From: Methylophilaceae bacterium | GTDB taxonomy: Bacteria; Pseudomonadota; Gammaproteobacteria; Burkholderiales; Methylophilaceae | NCBI GenBank assembly: GCA_050256215.1 | Contig: JBBWVM010000040.1 | Coordinates: 1 to 50,971, forward strand | Length of the DNA: 50,971 nucleotides | Reading direction: 5' to 3' | Shown here: positions 33,922-43,708 of the stretch, piece by piece | How the letters are laid out: the number at the start of each line of letters is the position of its first letter | Numbering within the stretch: position 1 is the first letter of the stretch | Notes under the pieces: model-generated | Databases searched by the model: none | Told to the model about the DNA's origin: nothing | Seen by the model: the letters and a program-made list of their open reading frames with translations, nothing else | Made by a program: the position numbers and the translations under genes

Positions 33922-34629
33922 ATGGAACCGTTATATTTGAAAGTAAAAAAAAGAATCACCAAGTGTTTAGTTAGAGGGGATTGGAATCCTGGCGAGGTTA
34001 TACCTAGTGAAATAGACCTTGCACATTTGTATGATGTAAGTCAAGGCACGGCCAGAAAGGCTATTGACGAACTTACTGATGAAGGAATCTTAATCCGTAG
34101 GCAGGGCAAGGGGACATTTGTTGCCTCTCATAATGAAGAAACCGTACAGCTTAGATTTTTAAGATTAACGTCAAACTTAGGTGTTAAAGAGCAATTAGAT
34201 AATCATCTTGTTTCTTTTTCTAAAGAGAAAGCAAATAATCTATTAGCTAAAGCCCTTCAAATTAATACAGCCTCGACTGTTATATCTATAAAACGAGTCC
34301 TTATGTTTAATAAAAAACCTTTAATTTTAGACCTAATTAAAATTCCTGCGGTTTATTTTCGTGGGCTAACTGAAGAAAAGGTTATTGAAAAAAAAGGATC
34401 TATGTACAGAATGTACGAGACAGATTACAGCATTCGAATGCTTCATGCTGATGAGAAGATCAAGGCTGTGACAGCAAATTTGGAGGTCGCTTCATTTTTA
34501 AAGGTTTCAGAAAATTCACCATTATTGTCAGTTGAGCGAATATCTTATACCTATGATCAAAAACCCATTGAATGGCGATTTGGATTATGCCTTACAAGTA
34601 ATCATTATTACCGTGCGGAGTTATATTAA
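33922..34629 (+). CDS. GntR-family (HutC/UTRA) transcriptional regulator, SdhR-like
   Basis: PLY..VK, IPSE.DLA, VSQGT.RKAIDEL, RRQGKGTFV, RFLRL, UTRA domain; upstream of sdh. Confidence 0.92.
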   Translation: MEPLYLKVKKRITKCLVRGDWNPGEVIPSEIDLAHLYDVSQGTARKAIDELTDEGILIRRQGKGTFVASHNEETVQLRFLRLTSNLGVKEQLDNHLVSFSKEKANNLLAKALQINTASTVISIKRVLMFNKKPLILDLIKIPAVYFRGLTEEKVIEKKGSMYRMYETDYSIRMLHADEKIKAVTANLEVASFLKVSENSPLLSVERISYTYDQKPIEWRFGLCLTSNHYYRAELY

Positions 34630-34636
34630 AAATATT

Positions 34637-35824
34637 ATGGAAAATAAAGTTAAAGAAGCGCTTGATTATCATGAGTTCCCATCTCCAGGTAAATTGAAAG
34701 TTGAGCCTTCAAAAGAGTGTGCTACATCAAATGACTTGTCTTTAGCTTATACCCCCGGGGTTGCTGAACCGGTTAGGCAGATTGTTTTAGATCCAAAGAA
34801 TGCCTATCGGTTTACGAATAAAGGTAATTTAGTTGCAGTAATTACTGATGGTACGGCTGTTCTAGGCTTAGGTAATGTGGGGGCATTGGCTGGAAAACCT
34901 GTAATGGAGGGTAAGGGTGTTTTATTTAAGAAATTTGCTGGTATTGACGTTTATGATATTGAGGTGGACTGTTCTGACCCTGATGAATTTATACAAACGG
35001 TTGTTAATATCGCTCCAACTTTCGGCGGTATCAATTTAGAAGATATAGCGGCACCGCATTGTTTTTACATTGAAGAAGAATTAAAAAAACGACTCAATAT
35101 ACCAGTCTTTCATGATGACCAACATGGCACTGCAGTGATTGTATCAGCTGCTTTATTGAACGCGTTGGAGATCCAAAGAAAATTAATTGAGGAAGTTAAT
35201 ATTGTTTTCTTAGGGGCAGGCGCTGCGGGTTGCTCATGTGCTCGGTTATTAAAGAAAATGGGGGCAAGAAATATCATATTGGTTGATCGGGTAGGGGTTA
35301 TAAATAAAAATAGATTAGATTTACATAAATATAATCAATATCTTGCTGCTGAAACATCATGTAATACGTTAGAAGAGGTGATGGTAAACGCAGATGTCTT
35401 TATTGGTGTATCAGGGGCAAATCTTATGCATGAGTCACACGTGAATAGCATGGCTCCGAATCCAATTATATTTGCACTTGCCAATCCTGATCCTGAAATA
35501 TTACCCTCTAAAGCCTTAGCAATTCGGGGTGATATTGTGATGGCGACAGGGCGATCTGATTTCCCCAATCAGGTAAATAATGTATTGGGTTTCCCTTTCT
35601 TATTTAGAGGGGCACTTGATGCACAGGCATCTGAAATTAATGATTCAATGTTAATTGCCGCCGCAAATTCCTTAGCATCACTTGCTAAGGAGCCTGTTCC
35701 TGATGAAGTTTTAAAAGCTTACGATTTGGATAGCTTATCGTTCGGGAAAAATTATTTTATTCCAAAACCTTTTGATCCTAGGTTAATTGATTGGGTGGCC
35801 AGGGCAGTAAAGGAGGCAGCTTAA
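34637..35824 (+). CDS. maeB: NAD(P)-dependent malic enzyme (MaeB-type catalytic domain only, no PTA domain)
   Basis: [57 protein letters not shown]; start placed at ATG 34637. Confidence 0.92.
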   Translation: MENKVKEALDYHEFPSPGKLKVEPSKECATSNDLSLAYTPGVAEPVRQIVLDPKNAYRFTNKGNLVAVITDGTAVLGLGNVGALAGKPVMEGKGVLFKKFAGIDVYDIEVDCSDPDEFIQTVVNIAPTFGGINLEDIAAPHCFYIEEELKKRLNIPVFHDDQHGTAVIVSAALLNALEIQRKLIEEVNIVFLGAGAAGCSCARLLKKMGARNIILVDRVGVINKNRLDLHKYNQYLAAETSCNTLEEVMVNADVFIGVSGANLMHESHVNSMAPNPIIFALANPDPEILPSKALAIRGDIVMATGRSDFPNQVNNVLGFPFLFRGALDAQASEINDSMLIAAANSLASLAKEPVPDEVLKAYDLDSLSFGKNYFIPKPFDPRLIDWVARAVKEAA

Positions 35825-35830
35825 ATTAAT

Positions 35831-36199
35831 ATGAATTTAAAAAAACCAAAAAATTTAAATTTATTTACAATGCACTTTCCATCATCAGCTATTGTTTCAA
35901 TTTTACATCGAATGAGTGGCGTGTTGCTTTTTTTGTTTATGCCGCTTGTCACAATCCTATTTTGCTATTCATTTGAATCGTACGCTACTTTTAATCATAT
36001 TATTGAGCTTTTAAATTCCTGGCCGCTCTTTACCCTTCGGGTGGTGCTTATATGGGGGATTATTCATCACTTAATAGCAGGTTGCCGGCATTTATTACTC
36101 GACATGCTAATTGGTAATGATCTTATTGTTGCTCGTTTTACGAGCAAGACAGTCCTATTGTTAAGTTTTGTTTTAACTATTTTAGTGTTTTTTATATGA
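35831..36199 (+). CDS. sdhC: Succinate dehydrogenase cytochrome b556 subunit
   Basis: PKNLNL, SILHRMSG, HHLIAG.RHL; three TM helices. Confidence 0.95.
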   Translation: MNLKKPKNLNLFTMHFPSSAIVSILHRMSGVLLFLFMPLVTILFCYSFESYATFNHIIELLNSWPLFTLRVVLIWGIIHHLIAGCRHLLLDMLIGNDLIVARFTSKTVLLLSFVLTILVFFI

Positions 36200-36549
36200 G
36201 TATTTTTATCGAAAAATATCCATTTGGTGGGATGACTCAATGGATATATCAGCGCTTTACAGCTATGTATATGATTTTTTATTTTTTATTACTTGGCTTA
36301 AAGTTGTATCAAGTAGAAATGAATTATGATAATTGGTTGATGGTAATGAGTCCTTTATGGATGCGTATTGTAACGATTATTTTTTTTTATTTCATGCTAT
36401 TCCATGCCTGGATCGGCGTGCAACATGTCATAGAGGACTATATTCAATCGATCGTGGTTAGAAAGCTAATTAATTTATTATTTCTTTTATTAGTTGTTGG
36501 GCAATTAGTGATTCTTCCTTATTTTTTATTTGGAGTAGTGAGTGCTTAA
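36196..36549 (+). CDS. sdhD: Succinate dehydrogenase membrane anchor subunit
   Basis: W..QRFTA, HAWIG..VIEDY; three TM helices. Confidence 0.95.
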   Translation: MSIFIEKYPFGGMTQWIYQRFTAMYMIFYFLLLGLKLYQVEMNYDNWLMVMSPLWMRIVTIIFFYFMLFHAWIGVQHVIEDYIQSIVVRKLINLLFLLLVVGQLVILPYFLFGVVSA

Positions 36550-38287
36550 AAAATTTCAGTTTGATTCGATTATTGTTGGCGGTGGTGGTGCTGGATTAAG
36601 AGCGGCCATGCAATTATCTCAGGCCGGAGCTAAGGTTGCAGTAATTTCAAAGGTTTTCCCAACACGCTCTCACACGGTAGCTGCTCAAGGAGGTGTGGCA
36701 GCAGCATTATCGAATGTGAATAAGGATAAATGGCTATGGCATATGTACGATACGGTTAAAGGATCTGACTACCTTGGTGACCAGGATGCTATTGAATACA
36801 TGTGTAAAAATGCAGCGGATGCAATTTATGAGTTAGAACATATGGGGATGCCTTTTGATAGGAACGATGATGGACGTATTTACCAAAGACCATTTGGTGG
36901 TATGACCAAAAACTTTGGTGAGGAGTCGATCTCTCGAACATGTGCAGTTGCTGACCGAACAGGTCACGCTCTGCTCCACACATTGTATCAAAAGAATGTG
37001 CAATTAAACACAAAGTTTTTTGTTGAATGGTTTGCATTGGATTTGATACGAGATAGTGATGGTGATGTATTGGGGTTGATTGCATTGGAGCTAAAGACAA
37101 GTGAGCTGGCCATCTTTCATGCCAAAAATACTATCTTTGCCACAGGGGGGGCAGGAAGAATATTTCAAGCAAGTACGAATGCCTACATTAACACAGGTGA
37201 TGGATTAGGCATGGCAGCAAGAGCAAGCATACCCCTTGAAGATATGGAATTTTGGCAATTTCATCCAACTGGTATTTTGAATGCGGGTGTTTTAGTAACG
37301 GAAGGTGTTCGTGGTGAAGGCGGTTATCTAATAAATTCCGATGGTGAGCGGTTTATGGAAAGGTATGCTCCTAAGGCTAAGGATCTCGCTAGTCGTGATG
37401 TTGTATCGCGTGCAATTGCTACTGAAGTAAAGGAGGGAAGAGGTATTGGTCTAAATAAAGATGGAGTTTATTTGACCTTAGCACATCTAGGAGAGAAGGT
37501 TATTGAAGAGAAATTACCAAGCATTAGACAGACTGCAATGAAATTTGCTAATGTTGATCCAATTAAAGATCCAATTCCTGTTGTGCCTACCGTTCATTAC
37601 ATGATGGGAGGTATACCTACCACTATAAACGGACAAGTAAGAGATATCCAGGGAAATGTTGTGGAAGGTTTTTATGCGATTGGTGAGTGTGCTTGTATTT
37701 CTGTTCATGGTGCAAATCGACTTGGTTCGAACTCACTATTGGATTTAATTGTTTTTGGCAAGGCAGCTGGAGATCACATCATCAAAAATTTAAAAGTGAA
37801 AAAAATAAAGGATCTTCCAAAAAATGTTGGACAACGAACATTAAATCGAATTAATAAGTTAGAGCAAGGAGAAGGGGATGAAGATCCCCGTAGTTTAGGA
37901 AATGAATTGAGGCGAGAAATGCAAGAACATTGTGGTGTTTTTCGTTTTCCCGAGTTACTTGAAGATGGGTTAAAGAAAATAAGAGCAATTAAAAAACGTG
38001 TTGATCAATTATTAATTAGGGATAAGTCTAAAGTTTTTAATACTGCAAGAATTGAGGCATTGGAGCTAGAAAATTTAACTCAAGTGGCCCTTGCGACAAT
38101 CACAGCAGCCCATGCAAGACAAGAGAGTAGGGGTTCACATTTTAGAGCAGACTTTCCAAAGCGAGATGATCAATTTTGGTTAAAACATTCACTTTTTAAT
38201 ACTAAAGATCACTCGATGTCTTATCGGCCAGTTAATTTAAAGCCTTTAACGGTGGATCCTTTTCCTTTAAAAGAAAGATTATATTAA
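36542..38287 (+). CDS. sdhA: Succinate dehydrogenase flavoprotein subunit
   Basis: [41 protein letters not shown]. Confidence 0.98.
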   Translation: MLKKFQFDSIIVGGGGAGLRAAMQLSQAGAKVAVISKVFPTRSHTVAAQGGVAAALSNVNKDKWLWHMYDTVKGSDYLGDQDAIEYMCKNAADAIYELEHMGMPFDRNDDGRIYQRPFGGMTKNFGEESISRTCAVADRTGHALLHTLYQKNVQLNTKFFVEWFALDLIRDSDGDVLGLIALELKTSELAIFHAKNTIFATGGAGRIFQASTNAYINTGDGLGMAARASIPLEDMEFWQFHPTGILNAGVLVTEGVRGEGGYLINSDGERFMERYAPKAKDLASRDVVSRAIATEVKEGRGIGLNKDGVYLTLAHLGEKVIEEKLPSIRQTAMKFANVDPIKDPIPVVPTVHYMMGGIPTTINGQVRDIQGNVVEGFYAIGECACISVHGANRLGSNSLLDLIVFGKAAGDHIIKNLKVKKIKDLPKNVGQRTLNRINKLEQGEGDEDPRSLGNELRREMQEHCGVFRFPELLEDGLKKIRAIKKRVDQLLIRDKSKVFNTARIEALELENLTQVALATITAAHARQESRGSHFRADFPKRDDQFWLKHSLFNTKDHSMSYRPVNLKPLTVDPFPLKERLY

Positions 38288-38291
38288 AGCT

Positions 38292-39041
38292 ATGAAGATA
38301 TCTATTTTAAGATTTAATCCAGATCAAGATAAAAAACCTTATATGCAAGACTATGAAATTGAACGTACGGGTGTGGACGTTATGCTCCTTGATCTTTTGA
38401 TTAAAATAAAAGCACTAGATGATTCATTATCTATGCGTATGTCTTGTCGAGAAGGTGTCTGTGGTTCAGATGCGATGAATATAAATGGAAAAAATGGGCT
38501 TGCATGCATTACTATGATTGATGATTTGAAGCAGCCTATAATCATTAGGCCGATGCCAGGGCTTCCTATTGTTCGCGATTTGGTAGTTAATATGGATCAA
38601 TTTTTTGATCATTATCATTCCATTAAGCCTTATTTGATTAATCATGACGAGCCACCAAAAAAAGAGCGCCTTCAGTCACCTAAGGATCGAAAAAAACTTG
38701 ACGGCCTCTATGAGTGCATATTATGTGGCGCTTGTACAACCGCGTGTCCATCATTTTGGTGGAAACCAGATAAGTTTGTCGGCCCAGCTGCCTTGCTTCA
38801 GGCCTATCGTTTTATGGCTGACTCAAGAGATCAGGGGGATGAGGAGCGATTAGAAAACTTAGATGACCCTGATCGTCTTTATCGTTGTCATAATATTATG
38901 AATTGTGCCGATGTTTGTCCTAAAGGCTTAAGTCCGACTAAGGCCATTGGGAATATTAAACAAATGCAGCTCAAGAGTAAGAAAAAAGGAATGAAATTAT
39001 TTATTAAAAATATTTTTCCAATCAAGGAGGTTGGTCGATGA
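38292..39041 (+). CDS. sdhB: Succinate dehydrogenase iron-sulfur subunit
   Basis: SCREGVCGSD, CILCGACTTACP, CHNIMNCADVCPK. Confidence 0.98.
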   Translation: MKISILRFNPDQDKKPYMQDYEIERTGVDVMLLDLLIKIKALDDSLSMRMSCREGVCGSDAMNINGKNGLACITMIDDLKQPIIIRPMPGLPIVRDLVVNMDQFFDHYHSIKPYLINHDEPPKKERLQSPKDRKKLDGLYECILCGACTTACPSFWWKPDKFVGPAALLQAYRFMADSRDQGDEERLENLDDPDRLYRCHNIMNCADVCPKGLSPTKAIGNIKQMQLKSKKKGMKLFIKNIFPIKEVGR

Positions 39042-39271
39042 GTTTAGATAATTTAATTCAATACCGTTGTCGACGAGGGCTCTTGGAGTTAGATATTATT
39101 CTCTTAAATTTTTTTGATCATCACTACCGAAATCTTCCGCAAATACAGAAAAAACTATTTCTTGAGCTTCTTGAGCTAGAAGATAATGATCTTTTGTATA
39201 TGGTTCAGGATTCTGTTAATAAGAACCATAAAGCTTATGAACTAATTCGATTAATTATTAACGCAAAATAG
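39038..39271 (+). CDS. sdhE: FAD assembly factor SdhE
   Basis: RCRRGLLELD and LLELED.DL motifs; follows sdhB. Confidence 0.93.
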   Translation: MSLDNLIQYRCRRGLLELDIILLNFFDHHYRNLPQIQKKLFLELLELEDNDLLYMVQDSVNKNHKAYELIRLIINAK

Positions 39272-39290
39272 ATTGTTATAGGAGTAAAAA

Positions 39291-40436
39291 TTGAACGCTA
39301 GTACATCGCATCATCATAAACAAGATAATTCAAAAGAATTAGATTATGAGCTTATGGGGGGGTCATGGCCTGGCATTCAATTATATTATCCGCCAATCAA
39401 ATATGCTCCGGCACTAGGTATTTATGAAGATTTGGTGGTCGCATCAAAACGCATGAAAAAACATGCTCACAAGACTGAAGCGCATACCCTTATATTTGAT
39501 CTTGAGGATGGTTGCCGACAAAAGGAGATGAGTCGCGAACTATTAGAAAAGGAGCTGCCTGATTTAAGAAAGGCTCGGCCCGATGTCGCTATTGCTATAA
39601 GAGTTAATTCATTCAGCACTAAAGAATATTTTAACGATTTAAAGCTAATAAAAAAAATTCCTGATTGCATTGATGTGGTGATGTTGGCAAAAGCAGGTGA
39701 GGTTTATGGTTCGGATGAGATACTAAACTTATCTAGTGAGATCATTGATCTTAATCCAGAAATAAGCATACAACCAATTATTGAGCATCCGAAGTCCTTA
39801 AAAATTGCACCAGAGCTTATGTCTTTTCCCACAGTGAAGCATGTAGTGTTTGGTATTCATGACTTTTCTAAAGCTTTGGGTATTCATATTACCCCTACTG
39901 GTTGGCTTGATGAGCTTTTTTATTTTTTAAATCAACTCATGTTTGAAGCAAGAATTTCTGGTAAAGGTGTGATTGGAGGTGTTGAAACTCTCATTGGACA
40001 GAGCATCATGCCAAGTGATTTTTTAGAGCCTCATGACGTGAGACGCTGGCTTGATTTGCACGGTGATGATGAAGCTAGGATTGTTTATAAGCATGCTGTT
40101 AGAGAACGTGAAATGGGTTTGACAGGTAAGCAAGTGATTCATCCAGGTCATATTCATTTATGTAAGGTAGCTTATACACCATCACCAACAGATGTGGCTT
40201 TAAAAATTAGGGTCTTAAAGGCTGCAATTGAAGCCGATGCACTTTTAGGTGGTGCAATTAAATTTGAAGGTGAGATGCTTGACCCTCCTATGTTTGGTAA
40301 GGCATTGCAGACTTTATTAAGAGCTTATGCGCTTGGAGCATTGAGTGAGGAAGATATTGATTTTACATTGTTAGTTTTAAATCAATTGCCCCAACAAGTT
40401 ATTAGGCAAAACTGGCCATATGGGAAGATTGAGTAA
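39291..40436 (+). CDS. Divergent CitE/HpcH-HpaI-family acyl-CoA lyase
   Basis: IFDLEDG, IRVN, IIEHP, FGIHDF, GLTGKQVIHP, C-terminal GEMLDPP; AGGAG RBS before TTG. Confidence 0.83.
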   Translation: MNASTSHHHKQDNSKELDYELMGGSWPGIQLYYPPIKYAPALGIYEDLVVASKRMKKHAHKTEAHTLIFDLEDGCRQKEMSRELLEKELPDLRKARPDVAIAIRVNSFSTKEYFNDLKLIKKIPDCIDVVMLAKAGEVYGSDEILNLSSEIIDLNPEISIQPIIEHPKSLKIAPELMSFPTVKHVVFGIHDFSKALGIHITPTGWLDELFYFLNQLMFEARISGKGVIGGVETLIGQSIMPSDFLEPHDVRRWLDLHGDDEARIVYKHAVREREMGLTGKQVIHPGHIHLCKVAYTPSPTDVALKIRVLKAAIEADALLGGAIKFEGEMLDPPMFGKALQTLLRAYALGALSEEDIDFTLLVLNQLPQQVIRQNWPYGKIE

Positions 40437-40457
40437 TGGAAGTAGCATCACATAAAA

Positions 40458-42068
40458 ATGATTAATTGGACTTGGGATATTCCTCAAAATTTTAATATTG
40501 GTCAAGCCTGTAGTGATTTTCAATGTAAAGCTGGGAACAAAAATCACATTGCAATGATTGTTGAGGATGATATTCATGGAACCTCAAAGATTTCTTATGG
40601 GGATCTGTCTCATAAAACAGATCAATTTTCTCAATTGTTAAGGGGGCTGAATTTAGAAAAACAAGCTCGTGTTTTAATTCGGCTTCCTAATTCTTTGCAT
40701 TTTCCAATCACATTTTTGGGAGCAATGAAGGCGGGGTATATTGCGGTACCATCCTCAACACTCCTAACCCCAAAGGAGGTGGTTTATTTAGCAAAAGATT
40801 CAATGGCCTCAGTATTGGTTACTGATTTAAAAACATGGAATGCTTTAATACCTATGATTGATAAATTAGATTATTTAAAAACTATATATGTTTCTGGTGA
40901 ATATAAACCCTTTGGTGGAAAAATTACTGTCAAGAGTTTGGATGCAGAAATAAATAAAGTGATATCATTTACACAAAATCCAATCACTAAAGCTAAAGAC
41001 CCTGCCTATTTGGTTTATACATCAGGCACAACAGGTTATCCAAAAGGTGTTCTTCATGCGCATCGAGCACTTTTAGGACGAGGACCTGCATCAGAGTATT
41101 GGTTTAAATTTTCAGATACCAATGATCGTATTCTTCATACTGGTAAATTTAATTGGACATATGTTTTAGGTTCAGGTTTGATGGACCCATTGTATTATGG
41201 AAAGACGGTGATCGTGCATGAAGGTAAAAGCGATGCTGATGTGTGGGTTAAGTTGATAGCTAAACACAGCGCAACTATTTTTATTGGCGTTCCAACAATA
41301 TATCGTCAGATTCTGCAAAAAACTCAAGCAACTTCAAATGATGTGGAGTCATTAAGGCACTGCATGAGTGCTGGAGAACATTTATCTGATGAGGTTTTTG
41401 AACAATGGCAGGACCGTTTTGGTTTGGATATTTATGAAGCCGTTGGTATGTCTGAATTTTCTTATTATATCTCCCAGTCAATTCATAATCCTATAAGGCC
41501 GGGTTCTGCTGGTGTTCCTCAGCCAGGACATGATGTTCAATTACTTGATGTTGAGACTTTTGAGCCTGTTTCTCACGGAGAAGAGGGTATGATTTGCATT
41601 TCTGAGGATGATCCAGGTTTGTTTATAAAATATTGGAATATGGATGAAGAAACAAAAAAATATAAGCATGATGGATGGTTTTTTACTGGTGATTTTGCAA
41701 GATATGATGAGGATGGTTATCTTTGGTTTTTAGGTCGAAAAGATGACATTATTAAAAGTTTCGGTTATCGTGTTTCACCTTATGAAATTGAACGCGTTTT
41801 TAAATCTCATCCTTCCATTGCAGATTGTGCGTCTATCGGTGAAGAAATTGGTAAAGATAAATTACTTGTTGTGTTGTATGTTCTTTTAAAACCAGATTCA
41901 GTTACTGAGCCAAATGATTTAGTTATTTTTGGCAGAGAAAATTTGGCATCTTACAAGGCCCCTAAAATTGTTTATGTTGCAGACGATTTTCCAAGAACTA
42001 AAAATGGAAAAATTTTAAGAAAATCAATTGATAAATCAATTTCAATTGATAAATCAGATGTGCGTTGA
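40458..42068 (+). CDS. AMP-forming acyl-CoA ligase of unknown acid specificity
   Basis: YTSGTTGYPKG, SAGE, GMSE, TGD, GRKDD, PRTKNGKILRK. Confidence 0.92.
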   Translation: MINWTWDIPQNFNIGQACSDFQCKAGNKNHIAMIVEDDIHGTSKISYGDLSHKTDQFSQLLRGLNLEKQARVLIRLPNSLHFPITFLGAMKAGYIAVPSSTLLTPKEVVYLAKDSMASVLVTDLKTWNALIPMIDKLDYLKTIYVSGEYKPFGGKITVKSLDAEINKVISFTQNPITKAKDPAYLVYTSGTTGYPKGVLHAHRALLGRGPASEYWFKFSDTNDRILHTGKFNWTYVLGSGLMDPLYYGKTVIVHEGKSDADVWVKLIAKHSATIFIGVPTIYRQILQKTQATSNDVESLRHCMSAGEHLSDEVFEQWQDRFGLDIYEAVGMSEFSYYISQSIHNPIRPGSAGVPQPGHDVQLLDVETFEPVSHGEEGMICISEDDPGLFIKYWNMDEETKKYKHDGWFFTGDFARYDEDGYLWFLGRKDDIIKSFGYRVSPYEIERVFKSHPSIADCASIGEEIGKDKLLVVLYVLLKPDSVTEPNDLVIFGRENLASYKAPKIVYVADDFPRTKNGKILRKSIDKSISIDKSDVR

Positions 42069-43573
42069 TGATTGTAATAGAAAAAAAAGATTTTATTGAT
42101 TCGATTGCATCATCACTGCAATACATCTCTTATTATCATTCAGAAAACTTTATTGTCGCAATGAAGAGGGCGTATGAGATGGAAGAGTCTGAACCTGCAA
42201 GGGACGCAATGCTGCAAATTTTAACGAGTTCAAAATTATCGGCGTTTGGAAATCGACCCTTATGCCAAGATACCGGTATTGTGACCGTTTTTATTAAGCA
42301 AGGTATGAATGTTTTATGGAAATCTGATCAGTCCATTGAGGAAATGGTTAACGAGGGAGTAAGGCGAGCCTATTTAGAGCCATCAAATCCATTAAGGCCG
42401 TCAATCGTTAAAAATCCTGCTGGTGATAGGATGAATACTAAAGATAATACACCTGCAATTACCTATGTAAGTGTAGTTAAGGGGGATAAATTAGAGGTAA
42501 ATATTGCTGCAAAAGGTGGTGGCTCTGAGAATAAGGCGTCATTAAAAATGCTCAATCCATCTGATAGTCTTGTTGATTATGTTTTAGACACAGTCTCAAA
42601 AATGGGTGCAGGATGGTGCCCGCCTGGTGTTTTAGGAATTGGTGTCGGCGGAACAGCTGATAAAGCAATGCTTTTAGCTAAAGAATCTTTATTTGAATCA
42701 ATTGATATTCATGAGCTGATTGAAAATGGTACAAAAAATAAAATTGACGAATTAAGACTTGAGTTATATGAGAAAGTTAATCAATTGGGTATTGGCGCTC
42801 AAGGGTTAGGCGGGTTAACTACTGTTTTAGATGTAAAAATTAAAGATTACCCTACGCATGCTGCGTCACTACCCGTTGCTATTATTCCTAACTGTGCGGC
42901 TAATAGGCATGTACATTTTAAATTAAATGGAAATGGACCTGTTAATTTAAAAGCCCCGAATATCAATTTATGGCCAAAAGAAGTTTGGCAACCAAGGGAA
43001 AACATTACTAAAGTTAATGTAAATGAAGTTACAAAATCTGAGATTAAAACCTGGAGAATTGGACAAAGTTTATTGTTAAGTGGGAGAATTTTAACTGCAA
43101 GAGACGCGGCACACAAAAAATTACGTCAACTAGCTGAGGGTAATAGGCCATTGCCTAGTGGTTTAAATTTAAAAGATCGTTTTATTTATTATGTTGGGCC
43201 TGTAGATCCGGTTATAGGTGAAGTTGTTGGTCCGGCAGGGCCAACTACGGCCACACGAATGGATAAATATACTAATTTGATGTTAGACCACTATGAAATT
43301 ATGGGAATGATTGGTAAGGCTGAACGTGGACAATCTACCAATGATTTGATTAGAGAAAATAATTCAATTTATCTGATTGCCGTTGGTGGTGCCGCATATC
43401 TTGTTTCTCAAGCAATCAAAAAATCTAAAATAGTTGCATTCCCTGAGTTGGGCATGGAAGCAATTTATGAGTTTGAGGTTGAAAATATGCCTGTTACCGT
43501 TGCGGTTGATACTAAAGGTCAATCGATTCATGAAGCCGGCTCAAAACATTGGAAAAAAATTCTTCAAAAATAA
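42068..43573 (+). CDS. fumA: Class I (Fe-S) fumarate hydratase, possible mesaconase
   Basis: LQYISYYH, PLCQDTG, KGGGSEN, GAGWCPP, THAAS.P, NCAA.RH, RDAAH, GPTTATRM; TGATG coupling to the ligase. Confidence 0.93.
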   Translation: MIVIEKKDFIDSIASSLQYISYYHSENFIVAMKRAYEMEESEPARDAMLQILTSSKLSAFGNRPLCQDTGIVTVFIKQGMNVLWKSDQSIEEMVNEGVRRAYLEPSNPLRPSIVKNPAGDRMNTKDNTPAITYVSVVKGDKLEVNIAAKGGGSENKASLKMLNPSDSLVDYVLDTVSKMGAGWCPPGVLGIGVGGTADKAMLLAKESLFESIDIHELIENGTKNKIDELRLELYEKVNQLGIGAQGLGGLTTVLDVKIKDYPTHAASLPVAIIPNCAANRHVHFKLNGNGPVNLKAPNINLWPKEVWQPRENITKVNVNEVTKSEIKTWRIGQSLLLSGRILTARDAAHKKLRQLAEGNRPLPSGLNLKDRFIYYVGPVDPVIGEVVGPAGPTTATRMDKYTNLMLDHYEIMGMIGKAERGQSTNDLIRENNSIYLIAVGGAAYLVSQAIKKSKIVAFPELGMEAIYEFEVENMPVTVAVDTKGQSIHEAGSKHWKKILQK

Positions 43574-43708
43574 TGAAAAGCTGCTTCTACTATTATTTTT
43601 AATGTCTAATTTACTTCTTTTATGACTCAATTTTATCTGATATATTACTAGAGTATTTATTTATATAATATTGATTATAAATAACTTTATATTTTTTTTT
43701 AAGAGATA

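Noticed and set aside
30710-40436. Classical citrate lyase
   Set aside because: No citD, citF or citC genes; the CitE-like proteins are stand-alone.
43434-43625. 63-aa ORF overlapping the fumarase 3' end
   Set aside because: Fumarase is complete in its own frame, so there is no sign of a frameshifted extension.
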